A DNA stretch of 64,000 nt from Paramoeba atlantica (GCA_977017575.1 CDRNVI010000207.1:3984-67983), one strand, 5' to 3'; counted from the first letter of the stretch, positions 24,476-38,148 are shown. The notes: generated by a model not told the origin, from the letters alone. Translations and numbers: made by a program.

Positions 24476-27470
24476 TCAAAAATGTAATCTTTGTGGTTTT
24501 GCTTTTGTTTTTTCCTCTTCTTCCTCTTCTTCCTCCTCCTCTTCTTTCTCCTCCTCTTCTTCTCCCTCTTCTTCACCATCAAAAGAAAATTCATCCTCTT
24601 CCTCTTCCTTTTCTTCTTCCTCTTCCTCTTCCTCCAATGAGAATTCATCTACCTCCTCATCCTCAAAGATCTCCTGTTCTAACTCCTCCATAGACTTTCC
24701 TGTCTCTTCCTCAGGTGGAACTACATAATTCTTTAAAATGAGTTCCCTTGTTATTTGTGGAACTCTATTTTCACAAAAATTGATCATTTTCTTTTCAATC
24801 ACTTGACAACTTGGACATACTTTGTTTTCTTCCCCAACATCTTCCACAACACAAAAACTACATTTTCCCTTCTCAACAAACAATACATGATCCTTGATAT
24901 TGTGCCCTCAAACAGATAGTTTCACTGGACAAAGGAGATGAGCCAAAAATCGAAAATCGTCGTATTTTGTGGCTGTCTCATACTTCATTGCACCATAGCC
25001 ACATTTTTTCACAAGTTGCTTTTGTTTATTCTCCCTTCTGATGTGCATCCTCCAGCCTGAACTTGCAGAAGTTCTAAAGTTCAGTATAAAGACCAACTGA
25101 ACTAAGTTGAAGTTTAAAACTTCACCTCTCGTTAGAGGTTAAAAACAAACATAATTTAATGTAATTCAAATGGTTTAAATTAAGAACTACTAATTGAATA
25201 AAGTTTGCCTCAAAAAAAAAAAAAAAACACAAGTTGTTTTTGAATTAAATTTCATAACTCTCTGCTTTGACAACTACTAACAGCTGGTCCAACTCCTATT
25301 TGAAAAAGAATGAATGAAAGGAGATAATCAATAAAAAAAAAAAGCAGAGGGAGGGAAAGAAAAGAAAGGAAAGCAAACAATAATTTTCATAGACTTTTTT
25401 GTAAAAATAAGGGCAGTCAAAACAAAGAGTATAAAACCATAGGATAATATTCAAGCTTGGAAATATTAATTTCATAATTTGAATAATTTGCTTTCCTGTT
25501 CTCATCATTTCATCTAAAAGGTGTTGAACCTCACTTGGTTCCAAATCTTCCCCCTCATCATCAGTGAATTTCAAACATTCCCAAAAAGAGCTCATAAATT
25601 TAATTCACTGACAAATAAACAAAAAAGCTTGTAACTTCAAATCAAACAAGGGTGGCAACTGGTGGTGAGGAAAACAGGAATAAATTGCTTCAACAACCAA
25701 CTTGTGATAATTTTGCAATAGCCTTGTTGCTTGCTCTCCAATCAATTGAAATTTCAGCTTCTTTTCTTCCTCAATCTCAAGAATGTACTTCCATTCAATC
25801 GTCTTTGCAAAAGAGAGCAATCCAGAAACTCTTTTCATCCACTCCACCATCTCTTGTAACATCTTTTTCCCAAATTTCTGATTGGAATTTGCAAACTCAA
25901 CAATAGTAAGAAATAAGGCCAAAGTTGCAGAGCACTTGCCATGAAGAGGACTATCTGGAGTAAAATGCTCACAAATCACTAACAAAGGGGCTCCTTTTTG
26001 GTTATAATTCTCTTTCTGAATAAACTGTTGAAGGATTGCATCTCTTGCATTTTCATTTATCAACTTATTTGAAATGATTTTTTGCCATTTCACTCAAACT
26101 TTTTCCTCCATTTCTTTCATTTTTGCCAATGTTCACCTTTGTAACTTGTCTCAAGGAATATCAGCATTGTCACAAGTCACATCAAGCCAATAAATAGAGA
26201 AATAAGTTGCAGAACAACCTTGATGACCAGCCACTTTACTTTGGTAAGAAAGGTCACCAATTGGAAGAAAATGGCAATGGTACAGATTTGTTTTGGTATT
26301 ATTGATTTCACATGGAATTGAAACACCATTCTTTTCCACTGCTGCAATTCCAGGGTTTAAAACATTCTCACAAAGCCATTTGCTCACTTCATCATCTTCT
26401 TTGAAATTCCCACCACAGATCCAAGGCATCAATGTTGGTGAATTTCCAACTCTAACAAAGTTCACAAATCACAAATATGTATTTGTCATACCCATCTGAA
26501 AAATAGATTTTCAATTAAATCTTGTTTTGTTTCTTTTCCTCTATGATCCTCCTCAAAAAAAAAAGAAAATAATTTTTCTACTTACTTGTTTACTCTCTGG
26601 GGCACCATCAGTGAACATATTCACTAAAATTTGATTTGTCTTCTTAAAAAAGGTGAGAGATTGTTGAACTTTTGAACATTGAAGCATTGCTTTCAGTCTT
26701 TTCTCAACAATTTCTTCCAACTTTCAATAACCACCTTTAACCCCATACTCAGAAGGGAGTTTATGAAATCTATATGTTTATCTTTTGAGCAAATTGTTTT
26801 CATTGAGGAGGAGAAAAGAAGCTTATAACAAAAAAAAAAAATTCTTACTTTGCTTCAAGCTCCAATGTGGATAACATTTTCTCCCCAAAATCTATCACAG
26901 GCTTCAGAGCAGGAAGTTTTGGAAATGGAATTTCAAACTCTGGTGTTTTCAACTGAATTAGCTTCCCAGACAAAGGATCTAAGCCTCACTGAAATATTGA
27001 TCACATAATTTGGATTTTTCAGTAACCCATATCATTCATCATTATGTTCACAAACTGTACTTGTTTCAAATTGTCAGATTTCTCAAAGTTTTGAAAGTCT
27101 ATTTATTAAATTTTTAAGAAATCAAAATCCTTCAAAAACACACACACACAAAAAAAATTAACCTTTTTGAACAGCTTTCTTCACAACTTGCTTCTCAACA
27201 AGTAGACAAATGACTTCTTCAATCAGTCTTTTTTGAAACCTTAGATTTGAACTTTTCAAAAGTTCTGAGAATACTTTTTCGAAAGGTTTATCCTTTTTAA
27301 TCCTTGTTTCTTCATCATCTTCATTACAAAGAACCTTTGAAGAGATAAACCACTTTAAACTTTGTAATTTCTTCTATTTTGCTCTTGATTTGAGATGAAA
27401 AAAAGCTCTTCTTTGCCTTTGCTGTTGTTTTTCACAAATAACAGAAGTGTTGATGATTGGAAGTTGTTTT
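24476..27470 (-). pseudogene. Intron-containing DDE transposase relic of RAG1/Transib/Chapaev-like type with C-terminal Cys cluster and acidic tail
   Basis: Motifs in order: FTDGA (~26607), GDLSYQSKVAGHQGCSATY (~26253), PDSPLH (~25941), LIGEQATRLL, IFPSLNI..WFYTL, GVGPAVSSCQSRE (~25260). C-terminal CSFC...CPSC and poly-E tail. GTAAG..TTTCAG intron at ~26500-26586. Stop codons present; a SINE is inserted at 25028. Confidence 0.6.
25028..25227 (+). mobile_element. SINE family A copy 3 (5'-truncated)
   Basis: 3' half of family A with a poly-A tail. TSD CACAAGTTG(C/T)TTTTG. Confidence 0.85.
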
Positions 27471-28699
27471 ATTTTTGTTTGTAAGAAAAATTGAAAAATT
27501 GTCATTTTAAAAGAAAGTTAAACCAGGTTGGTTTGGTCCTTTTGACTTTTTTGATTTTTTTGATTTCTTTCCAAAAATCTTTCTGGTGAGTCTGCGAGAT
27601 TTAGGTGTGTCCATTTTCAAAAAATTGCCCAATTTATTTGTTCTTAGACTTTAAAATATGGAGAAAAAAGTAAAACCAAAATGGAAAAGGACATCTTCTC
27701 TTTCAAGGAGAGATATTGGCAGTTTGACCAACACTTTTTTAACACTTTTCAACATCTCTCTCATAAAAGTTGTTTTTTTGGTTCTTTAAAAATATATTGT
27801 TTCAAAGAACATCAAAAAATGAATCAAAATCAAAAAAACAAACCTTGAAAAGACTTTAAATAAAGACCAAAAAAGTGGACAGCAAAAGTGAAGAGAAGCA
27901 CAAAAGAAAAACACAAGAAAACACAAAAACACAAACCCTGTTCAAAATAGGGACTCAAAAAAAGTGTGGAATTTTTGAAAAATCAAATGCAATGTTCCTT
28001 GAAAGGCTTCCCAATGTTGTTGTAGCATGGAATCTCAAATGTAACCCAATTTCTTGTTCATTGGAATTGGCTTTCCTTTTAATGCTTCAATGTGAAGAAA
28101 TAACTCCTTCGGTCTCAACTCAAAACTAGAAATCATCTCATTTTCTCTGATACAACAATTCTCTAACTTACTTTTCACTTCTTTTACATTGTAAACAATC
28201 ATGGTACTCAGATTTAAGATCAATGTGTCCCAAATAAGTTTTGGTGTTCTTTTCTTCAAATTGCTAAGATACCCCTTTGCTCAACCAACACAAGTCTTAT
28301 TCAGTAAGTTTGTAAGATTCATTTAATTGTCAAAATGGTCATCAAAACATCTTTGGTTGATTTGCTGCTTGTATTCCAATTTCTCTTTGTATTTTACCTC
28401 CAATTCCTTTCTTTTAGCTAAAATTCTTATTTTCTCACTTTTTTCCATTTTTTCTGTAACCTCCTCCAGCTCCTCCTCAAACTTGATTAGGATGGGTTCA
28501 CCTGTAGGAACTTTGTTGAGGAATAAATGATGAATGAGATTTTGGGTGCTGAGCTGAATGAGCATTTCTTTTCACCAGAGCATAAATTCAATGGTGGATT
28601 CACCTTTGAGTTCATTAATCTTGAGTGCACCCTTCCAAGTCTTGTTCTTTGGTTCAAATTCTGACCAATCTACTACTCTGTAATCATCTTCCATAGTTG

Positions 28700-30438
28700 A
28701 GGATGTGGTGAATGTAAAAGAGCAAGAGGAAAGCTTTTGTCCTTGTCCACAAGAACCAAATCGATTATTTGAATGTGGTAATTTTACCTGGTTTGTGGAG
28801 ATATCGCATCAAAACACAACATGGAAAGGTTACTTCCTTCAAGTCATGATACTGTGTCAATGGCTCTTCATTTATTCCAGACTCCATCAATGAGGTGTAT
28901 TCTCCTGTTGCCCATTCCTCCACTCTGAGAACCATTCTGTGTTTGGCTGTCCTATTTGGATGTAAGCTCCATGGTGGTGATGTATCCTCAGCATATGTTT
29001 GTGTTGATGTTGATCCTGATGTGAAACCTGTTTATATAAGTTAACCCTCTGGTTTTATTGAGAAAGGAAATGATTTTGTGTGGCTGATGTTGAAGGGAAT
29101 TTATGGATATCCCCCTGCTGGTCAAAACTGGTACAATCATTTGGTTGAGTCCCTATTGGCTTTTGGCTTCATTTGGAATGATGTTGATCCTTGTTTGTTC
29201 ATGATTGCTGAATCAAATGAAATTATATTTTTGGTTGCTATCATGGATGATTTAACCTGGTTTTCCACCTACACAAAATTGCACAAACGCTTTGTGGAAT
29301 ACATGTGTGGAAAATATGATCTAAAATACTTTGACACAGTTGATTGGTTGATTGGAATGCAGATCAAGCAAGATGAGCTCTTTCAAGTTTCTTTGAATCA
29401 ATCTGATTATGTGAAGTTGATCTGTCAAAAATACAATCATCTGGTTTGAATCCACTACAAAACCCCTGCAGACCCAAAAGTAAGATTGTACCCTGATAGC
29501 TATCCCACCAACATCCCTATCCCCATGATCAATGGGAAGTTCTTGTATGCCTCCAACACCTGACCAGATATCTCATATGCTGTTGGCTAGATCTGCAAGT
29601 TCCAAACCTGTTCCTCCAAAGAACTTGAGAACGCTATTTGTTACCTTATTTCTTATCTGAATGGATGTTTTAATGAGGAAATCAAATTTGTCCATCCTGT
29701 TGGTTTTGATTCCAAATTGATGACTGTTAATTTAAGTGTGTTTTGTGATGCTACTTTTGCTGATCAATATGACTGTTGTTCCACCTATGGCTATTTGGTT
29801 TTCTTATGCTCCAATCTGATTTCCTGGTATTCCAAAACAACCCCTTCTGTGAAGTTCTCATCAACTGATGCTGAATATTATGCATTAGCTGAGGTCACAA
29901 AAGAGATTATGTATCTGAAACAATTGTTGGAGACTCTGGGTTTGATGGTTAAAACCCTTATTTTAATTTATAAGGACAATCAACAAGCTATTGACATTGC
30001 AAACAACCTGATGATCAAGTCAAGAACCAAGCACATTGATATTAAACTGCATTTTATTCAAGAATTGATTGAAAATAAGACCATTTCTCTTGTTTATCAC
30101 CATTCCTCTGTACAACATGCAGATGTGATGACCAAGCCTCTCAAGAGAATCCTGCATGAGAGATACATGAATGTTTGTTTTTCCGAATTGCATTGAAGTA
30201 TTCATTGGATGGAGGGGAGTGTTGAATGCAACTTCTAACCTTATTAAGATAAATCTGATTTCATTGAAGTTGTTCAAACATTGTCACATCTTCTTGAAAC
30301 ATTGCAATGCAACCACCTATTTCATTGTTGCTTGTTCGCACAACCTTGTTTGTCACAAATAAAGTTTATTCTCATTTTCCTCTCTAAACCCTCATGTTTC
30401 ACATTAATTTTATCATTTTCTTTGTTTCACCTCCAACA
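28700..30438 (+). mobile_element. Ty1/copia element 2, 3' part (RT-RNase H, PPT, 219-bp LTR)
   Basis: RT motifs EVYSPVAHSSTLRTIL, DVSSAY, LKGIYG and IMDD. RNase H FCDATFAD, ISWYSK, SSTDAEYYAL, RTKHIDIK, ADVMTKPL. PPT GGATGGAGGGGAG, then LTR TGTTG...CAACA at 30220-30438. Confidence 0.88.
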
Positions 30439-30457
30439 GCTTGCTCAAAAAACCAAG

Positions 30458-30778
30458 ATGAAGTTTTAAACTTCAGCTTAGTTCAGTCAGTCTTTATGCT
30501 GAACTTTAGAACTTCTGCAAGTTCAGGCTAGAGGATGCACATCAGAAGAGAGAATAATTCAAAGTTCCTTTCAAGGGAATTTATCCTCAACTTTTTAACA
30601 GACAGGGCTGAAATGTAATCTGTTCTGATTTTCACACTTCTTCAAGAGCTCCTCACTCCAATCAAATCACTCTACAGCACCAGAAAAATTTTCCATAATA
30701 TCAAAAAACTGAGATTTGAACTCACCCCCCCAGGGTTGGACATAATTGAATTTATGACTAAACTACAGGTGCTAACCC
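30458..30778 (-). mobile_element. SINE family A copy 4 (3' tail missing)
   Basis: Head and core of family A on the minus strand, ending ~20 bp from the copia-2 LTR. Confidence 0.85.
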
Positions 30779-30899
30779 ATTCTCTTCTTTTTGAATTGGC
30801 TATTTTTCCACCAATTGCACAGGAGCTTTGTGCTTCTTGTGAATTGCAACAAAACAATAAAGTTGATTTTGGTGCTTCAAATTTAGCATACTTATCTGA

Positions 30900-32520
30900 G
30901 TTGTACTTTTATAGTCTTGACTTTCTTGTTATTAGCCAAGATTCCATCCTTTGTTGCTGTATACCTGTTGGGGTGAGACCTGCTTCCAACATGGAAGTTG
31001 TGCCTTTTAGTGCCTTTTCAGTTCCTTGAGCCTCCCTGAGCCTTCCCTGAGCTTCCTTGATGCCTTTTATCATGAGTTTTGGTCCTTTCAGAGAGCCCTG
31101 AACCTCACAGACAGCTGTGTGCCATTTTATCATAATTTTAGCCAAAATCACAAGATTTTTAGTACTCTTTTTATTCAGTTTTCATGTTCGCATTTTTTGC
31201 CCCCTTTTTCTTGCCACTTTGCTGCCTTCTGCTTTCTTTCTGCTTTCTTGTTGCTCTCTCTCTCTCTCTCTTTGCTTTCCTTTGTGATTTTTTGGCTTGC
31301 TTTGCTTGCTTTCTGTTCTCTTCTTTTGTTGTCATCATCTTTTGTTGCTTTCTTCCTTCTTTGGTTGCTGTGTAGACTTGAGATTCCAATTTGAGTTGAG
31401 TTTCAGCAATTCTGTGCTTTTCTCAGTTGTGATTCCTTTTGTTGTTCTTCTTTTTGCTTTTCTGTTTCTTTGTTGTTGTTTTCTTGTTCTGTTTGTGTTG
31501 GCTGGGGATCTTTCCCATAAAGATTTTGATCCAGAGTTTCTGTTTCTCTTTCTTTTCTCTTGTTTTCTCTGTTGATCCTGCTTCCCTCCTCACATACCCA
31601 AGTAATGTGAAAGATCTTTAATAAAGCTTCACCTTGTTCAGATTAATTCACAACTTGTTTTTCTTTAATCTATCCAGTATTTTTTCTAGTGATTGAACAT
31701 GTTCCTCAAAGGTTTCTGAGAAAATAACTATATCATCAACATAGTTGACACATTTTTGCCACTGTAAACCAGCAAATATTGTATCCATGAAATGCTGCTG
31801 TGTTGCTGGAGCATTTGTTAATTCAAACAATATTGAATTCCATTCCCACAGCTCTGTGAAGCAAAAGCCATTTTTTCCTTATCCTCCTCCTGAATTGGAA
31901 TTAACTAAAATACTTTAATTATATTCAATGTTGAGAAGTATGAAGATCCACCCAGGTATGATAACACATCATTAATTTTTGGTATTGGATAACTTCATTT
32001 CTTAATCTTTTCATTTAATTCTCTGTAATTCACATAGAATTGAACTTTACCATTTGCCTTTGCCACCAATATAATTGGACTTGCATATGGTGAATTTGAT
32101 GGTTGGATGACTCTTCTCTTAGCCATTTCTTGAATTTGTTTTTCTTTAATTGTTCTTTTAACCATGTCTTTTATTCAATAAGTACATCTAAAAGGCTTTT
32201 GGTTTTTGTTATTGAGTTCAATTCTAAACTTAGTTGCATTTGTGTGCATAATTGAAGCATCATTAAGTATGTTCCACATTTCTTTGTATTTAACAAAGAG
32301 TTTACAGAGTTGAATTGTCTGATCAAGATTGAGGTTACTAAAGGTAAGATTAGTTTTCTTTGCAAACTCCTTATATTTCTCTAAAATCATTTTTTCAGCT
32401 TCTTCCAGATTTTTCTGATTATCTCTCAACAGAATATTTGCTAAAGAGCATTGTATACAAAACACTATTTCCCTTGAGCTGATTTCCTTGATTGCACATG
32501 TGTTTTGCCATTCCATAGCA
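30900..32520 (-). pseudogene. Ty3/gypsy element B RT relic, interrupted by a solo LTR
   Basis: IQPSNSPYASPIILVAK, SYPIPKINDVL, FELTNAPATQQ and YVDDIVIFS. The LG|YTATKDGI segment is split by the solo LTR. Confidence 0.8.
30966..31592 (+). mobile_element. Solo LTR (~627 bp) of the gypsy-C family
   Basis: Ends TGTTGGGG...CTCCTCA. TSD ATACC, or 6 bp (T/C)ATACC. Reverse complement of 53597-54219. Confidence 0.85.
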
Positions 32521-35500
32521 GTTCTCTTGAGGCTGTAGTTCTGGATTGACCAATTTGTCTTTATACATTCCTTTGTCTAACTTCTTTTAGTGAAGTTTTT
32601 TTAATAATTGTTCAAAATATTCACCAACTGGTCTTTTGTTAAGAGGTTTTGCAATGGTTTGTTCTGTATTCTCCTCTGTAACATAAGTATATTTTGCAAC
32701 TGTTGACCCTTTTTCAAATGATCAGAATCCTGGTGTGAACTGATTTCATGCTGTGCAAATTAATTTGTTTCTCTTTGTACACCACTGTGCTCCCCTGTTG
32801 TGTGAATATCCCTGATGAACATTTATAAGACTGTACAAACTGTTCTGATTCTGCATGTATTCTTGTTTCTCTCATCTGAGCTCTTCTCACCCAGTTCTCA
32901 CTCTGAATTCAAGTTGTTTCCTTAATATTTTTTCTCTGTTTTATATTATCTTTACATCAATTAATCCTGTGTTCTGTAACATTTATCTGTGATTTAATTT
33001 CTCTGCTGTGTTCTTTTTCTTGTGTGTTTTTGTCTTTCATTTTGTTTTGCTTCTTGTCAATTCCACACTTGTTATATTTGTTGTTCCATATGAATACTCT
33101 TTTTGTTTGTTGGTAAAAGGAATAAACTTACTTGGTTGGTTTCCTTTGTGATATACCACCAATCTTTCCCATGATTTGCTCTTGACTTTTCTCTTTTTTT
33201 CTTTTTCCTTTCCTTCACCTGTCCACTCTTTCTTTCCCCAAACTCCTGGCCACTTCACAAATTAAGAGTTTAGACTTCCAGCCTGAGTTTTGAGAAAGTT
33301 TGTTTGTTGTTCTATGAACTGAGCACCAAAATTGGAAACCATTTTTCAATTCTTGTTCTTTGTTTCAAACCAAGGAAATCAAGTTCTTTTGGTTTTGTTT
33401 TGAATGAAGAAATTCTTCTCAGAAAATTTCTTTGCACCTCTGATCCTTGTTTCCATATTTCTACACCTTAAGCCTGTTTGTTTTATTTTTAATTTCTTGT
33501 TTTTGTACTTTTAGATCAAAACTTTGTTCTTCATTGTCTCACTTTGCCCTTTACATTTTGTTCATTGCTCTCAATGATCATTCTATTGTTTGTTCATCTT
33601 GTTGAATCTCTTGGTATGTTTATTTGTTGGTTTTGCTCCTGTCTTGAGATGTTTTTGATAATTCCTCATTTTATAAAGTGCATACCTTGTCTGTTTATTG
33701 TGTTTATGATATATTTACAGAATTTTTGATTCTTCTTTTGTGGAATGTTTTTTCTGTTTGGATTTTATGTTTTGAACAATAATTTTTGTTTGTTATTTTT
33801 GGTTTTATGGCTGCAATTAAGCTTCCCATTTTGGTTTTTGGATCTTTCTTGTAGATGATCCTGATTATTGATTTTTTGACACTCTTGGTGTGGATGATTA
33901 ACATCTTTTTGTTTGTTTTTGTGATACAGAGCTGGTTATTCTCTTTTATCCCTCTTCTTTTGATTTATGTAGACACACCATCTTTTTTATCTTCAATGAT
34001 CCTATTATCACTTATTTTCCCCTCTTCTATTAGCCCTGACAAGACACCAACTTTTTAGCTTTTAGCTTATGATTTTATACTGGTGTGCACTGTTTTGAAT
34101 TATATTTCTGGCAGCCATCTTTGACCTAGCACATGGTTTTTTGATAAGCACAGTTCTGATCACACCTATTTTTGTTTTTCTCCTTATGTCATGGAAAATT
34201 CATGTTATTTTTTTTGTTTCTTGAAGTTATTTTTGTATTTGTTAATGTCTTTCTTTACCTGTCATAACACTCTGTTTTGACTCTATTTTCATTTTGTCTA
34301 ACTGTTTTTTTGATTCTATTCCTGTTTTATAGATTTTCTCTGCCTTTGATTCACTCAAGATGATTTTTTGTTGATTTCCATACTTTATTTTTGTTAGTAA
34401 ATCAATTCAGTCCTCTTGCTCATTGTTTATTTTGGTTATTTGTCTTTAGCTATACTTTCAAAATAGCATATTGTTTGAAATTAACATTTTGAATAACTTT
34501 AATTTACACAGCACTGTTTCCTTATATCATTTTGACTTGAGTTTTGTTTGTTAACATTTCTCAATACCTTTTCATGTTCCTCAATTTCTTTTTTGTGTTG
34601 GATATTGTGATTGTTGATTTTATTTGAAAATTTTTGTGATTTCTTCTGTTATTTTAATTGATCTTTGTTGATGTTCACCTTATACTTACAAACTGCATTT
34701 TGATGATTATTTTATTGTTGATTTTGAGTTGAATCCTAATCAAACTTTTTCTCTTGATTCAATGAATGTTTGTTATCTTTTGTATTGATTAAATGATGGT
34801 TGTGTAGTTTTAATACTCATTTCTATTTCATTTTGGATTTATGAATTTGTATTTTCGGATTTTTTGTTCCTCAACTGCCACTTCTGATTGTGAATTTTAT
34901 GATTGTGAATTTGCCTAATTGGATTTATTCTTATACTTAATAATTTCTCATTTTGTTTTATTTCCTTGAAGCTTGATTGGATTTTTCCCCCTGTCTTAAT
35001 GATGTTCTTAAAAATTCCTGATATTTTTAAAGTAATTCTGAATTGAATTTGTACTTCTTAAATCTGAATGTACTTTATTGTTAACCTTTTTAGATTTTTT
35101 GTTTTGTTATCTCAAATTCCCTGCCTGTGAATTTGAACTTTTATTTCTGATTGAATTTATCCTTGTGTTGATTTTATTGAAGAAATAATTGATTCCATCT
35201 CCTTATTTTTCTTGTAACAATGTCATTCTGAATTTGTTATTCTTGGATTGATGTCTTGGGATGATTTTTCTTATTTTTTTATTTTTAGTTGATGATGGAA
35301 ATTCTCTTAATTTCTTTTCTTGCTTTGAAATTGTCAGATTTTTTCCTTCCTCTTATCTTTTGTAATTTCAATTCTAAACTTTATTTTCACTTGAATTCCT
35401 CTTTTAGATATTCCTACTTGAATTTTGAAACCCATTTTAGTGTTGAAAGGGTGTTCCATTAAAAAATTGTTTTTATATTATTTCAGATGTACCACCCCTA

Positions 35501-35944
35501 AAGCTGTTTTGATTTTGGTTACTGCACTTTCCCTCAAGTTTTGACCTTTTTAATTTGATATATTTGTTTTAAAGTTGATTTGATAATACTTCTCTCTTGT
35601 CATTGATACTCTCTGTTCTAAGTTTCTTTTCTCTTTGAGAAATCTTAATTTATATTTTCCTCTGTTATAGTTTTATGTTTTTGTTTATTCTCTGGTAATG
35701 ATGCTGATTCTTGAATTTGATTTGTAATGGCTTTATTTTCAATAAGTTCCATTGAACATCTTGCACCATTTACATTCTATTCTAATTATTGGTTGATTTA
35801 TTGGAATTAAATTTTTTCTTGATCTTTAATAAGTTGATTTTGGATTTCCTCTATTGATTTGATTTTGCGATTTGATGGTTAATACATCTCTTTTCTCAAA
35901 TTTCAATGCAATTGTAACATTTGTTGATTTGATCAACATTTATC

Positions 35945-36374
35945 TTTTTTTTTTTTTTTTTTTTTTTTTTGAGACAAATTTTATTCAATTAGTAGTTCTT
36001 AATCTAAACCATTTAAATTACATTAAATTATATTTGTTTTTCTTCTAACAAGAAGTGAAGTTTTAAACTTCAACTTAGTTCAGTTAGTCTTTATGTTGAA
36101 CTTTAAAACTTCTACAAGTTCAGGCTGGAGAATGCACATCAGAAGGGAAAATAATCTAAAGTTCTTTCCAAAAGAATTTATTCTCAACTTTTTAGCAAAC
36201 AGGGCTGAGATGTAACTTGTTCCAATTTTCACACTTCTTCAAGAGCTCCTCACTCCAATCAAATTACTTTACAGCACCAGAAAAATTTTCTATAATATCA
36301 AAAAACTGGGATTTGAACTTGCCCCCCCAGGGTTGGATATAGTTGAATTTATAACTAAACTACAAGCACCAACC
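35945..36374 (-). mobile_element. SINE family A copy 5
   Basis: Full length with a long poly-T on the plus strand. TSD ATCAACATTTATCTTTT. Confidence 0.9.
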
Positions 36375-37118
36375 AATCAACATTTATCTTTTGTGTAATA
36401 ATATATTTGTTTTTACATACATGATGTGCAATTTATTTTTGAAAATTCATCTCCTGAACTTTGGAAATGTATATCTGAAATGCTTTGCCTCTGAACCATG
36501 TTTTCAGTACTATTTTGAATGATTTTTTTTGTTTTTTTTTGTTGCTGTTGTTCTATTCCTGTTGCTCTCTGTCCAATGTTCTTCTCACCTATTCCCAATC
36601 ATCTCTGAAGCTTGTGACACTTTGATAATTTTTGTTGAACTTTTGATTTCTTTATTTTTATTGAAATTATTTTGATTTTCTACTCTCAATCTCACTGGTT
36701 CATCTTATAATGACTTGTTTTGCTTTTTTTTGAAAAATTTTCTTTTCAACATCTTCAACACCTTCCTCTCTCAATGATGAGTAAAAGTAGCATATCCAGA
36801 GAAACTATATAATAATGATTTCTGTTAAACACTTATTCTTTTTTCCTTCCAATCTTCACTCAATAATAAGTGAACATAGCATTTCTGAGGATTCAATGCA
36901 CCACCTGTATCTCCAGTAGTGAACACAAATTCCTCTCTTCCTATTTCCTGCTATTTTTTGTTGGATCAACTTCTCTTTCCCTGAGTTGTATTATTTTTGA
37001 ATTTCTGAATTGAATTCTCTTGTCTTGTTCTCTATGTCCATACCTTAAATTCTTTGATTATCTCTTGTGCTCTTGTATCAATCTCTCTTTTGCTTCAAAG
37101 TAATATGTTTTAAATTAT

Positions 37119-37438
37119 TGTAGCATGATGGCTTAGTTGGTAAAACAGTTATTGCTTCAATTCAGGGTTGCAGGTTCAAATCCTAAAAAGGAAAATATTA
37201 AAAATATTATTTTTTCTTCTTGCTCACTTGAATGTGAAAAACAGAATAGGTTATCCTCTGCCTTGTCTGCTAAAAAGCAAAAAATAAATTCCTTGAGAAG
37301 AAATTTAAGTGAATTAAAGGTCTTTGGACCATTTGAACCTAAAGAGATGAAACTCTATCCTTATTATCTTTACTCTTAAAAAATTAGTAGCTTTGAGTTA
37401 GACTATCACCTAATAAAGTCCAGTGTTAAAAAGAAAAA
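37119..37438 (+). mobile_element. SINE family B copy 1 (~320 bp, tRNA-like head)
   Basis: A box TGGCTTAGTTGG, B box GGTTCAAATCC, AATAAA and an A tail. 17-bp TSD at 37102-37118 / 37439-37455. Confidence 0.9.
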
Positions 37439-37714
37439 AATATATTTTGGATTATTAATTGCTTCTGCACCAATTCTTTATATTTTTCCATTCTGTTTTA
37501 CTGATATTTGTTTCTGTGATTTTATGATTTATTTTGATTTTCTTGATGACTTGATATTGGTTCAATGATGAATCTCTATCTGTTCACCTTATCTTGATTT
37601 GCTGTGCTAAATGTAAATCTCACTTGCTTAAGGCATGAGATTTCCTTCACATACTCATCTGTATCTGGAATAGATTTGCCTTCAGTTTGATTTTAACTGT
37701 TGTAAATTGTGGTA

Positions 37715-38036
37715 TTTTTTTCTTTTTAATATTAGACTTTATTAGATAATAGTTTAACTCAAAGCTACTAATTTTTTAAGGTTAAAAATAACAAGGATAG
37801 AATTTCACCTCTTTAAATTCAAATGATTCAAAGACCTTTAATTCACTTAAATTTCTTCTCAAAAAATTTATTCTCTGCTTTTTAGCAGACAGGGCAGAGA
37901 ATAATCTGTTTTGTTTTTCACATTCAAGTGAGTAGGAAAAGAAAATAATATTTTTAATATTTTCCTCTTTGGGATTTGAACCTGCAACCCCAAATTGAAA
38001 CAATAGCTGTTTTACCAACTAAGCCATTATACTACA
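37715..38036 (-). mobile_element. SINE family B copy 2
   Basis: Full-length reverse-complement copy; no clear TSD. Confidence 0.85.
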
Positions 38037-38148
38037 ATTTACTACAATATTTACTTAAAAAAATTCATATAGAAACCACTAATATATAATAATTTGAGTA
38101 TTTAATATAACCTGGGCAAAATGCTGCATTGTAATTACAATAATTAAT

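Larger units (their letters stand above)
32719..37625 (+). mobile_element. Older truncated copy of the non-coding LTR element found at 58122-63789 (one LTR, 32719-33259)
   Basis: Collinear with the reverse complement of ~58790-63789, with two internal gaps. Carries SINE A (35945) and SINE B (37119) insertions and is far more CpG-depleted than the 58-64 kb copy. Confidence 0.85.

Noticed and set aside
28560-28700. Chromodomain-like YRVVDWSEFEPKNKTW on the minus strand
   Set aside because: Too short and degenerate, with no adjacent integrase core to support it.
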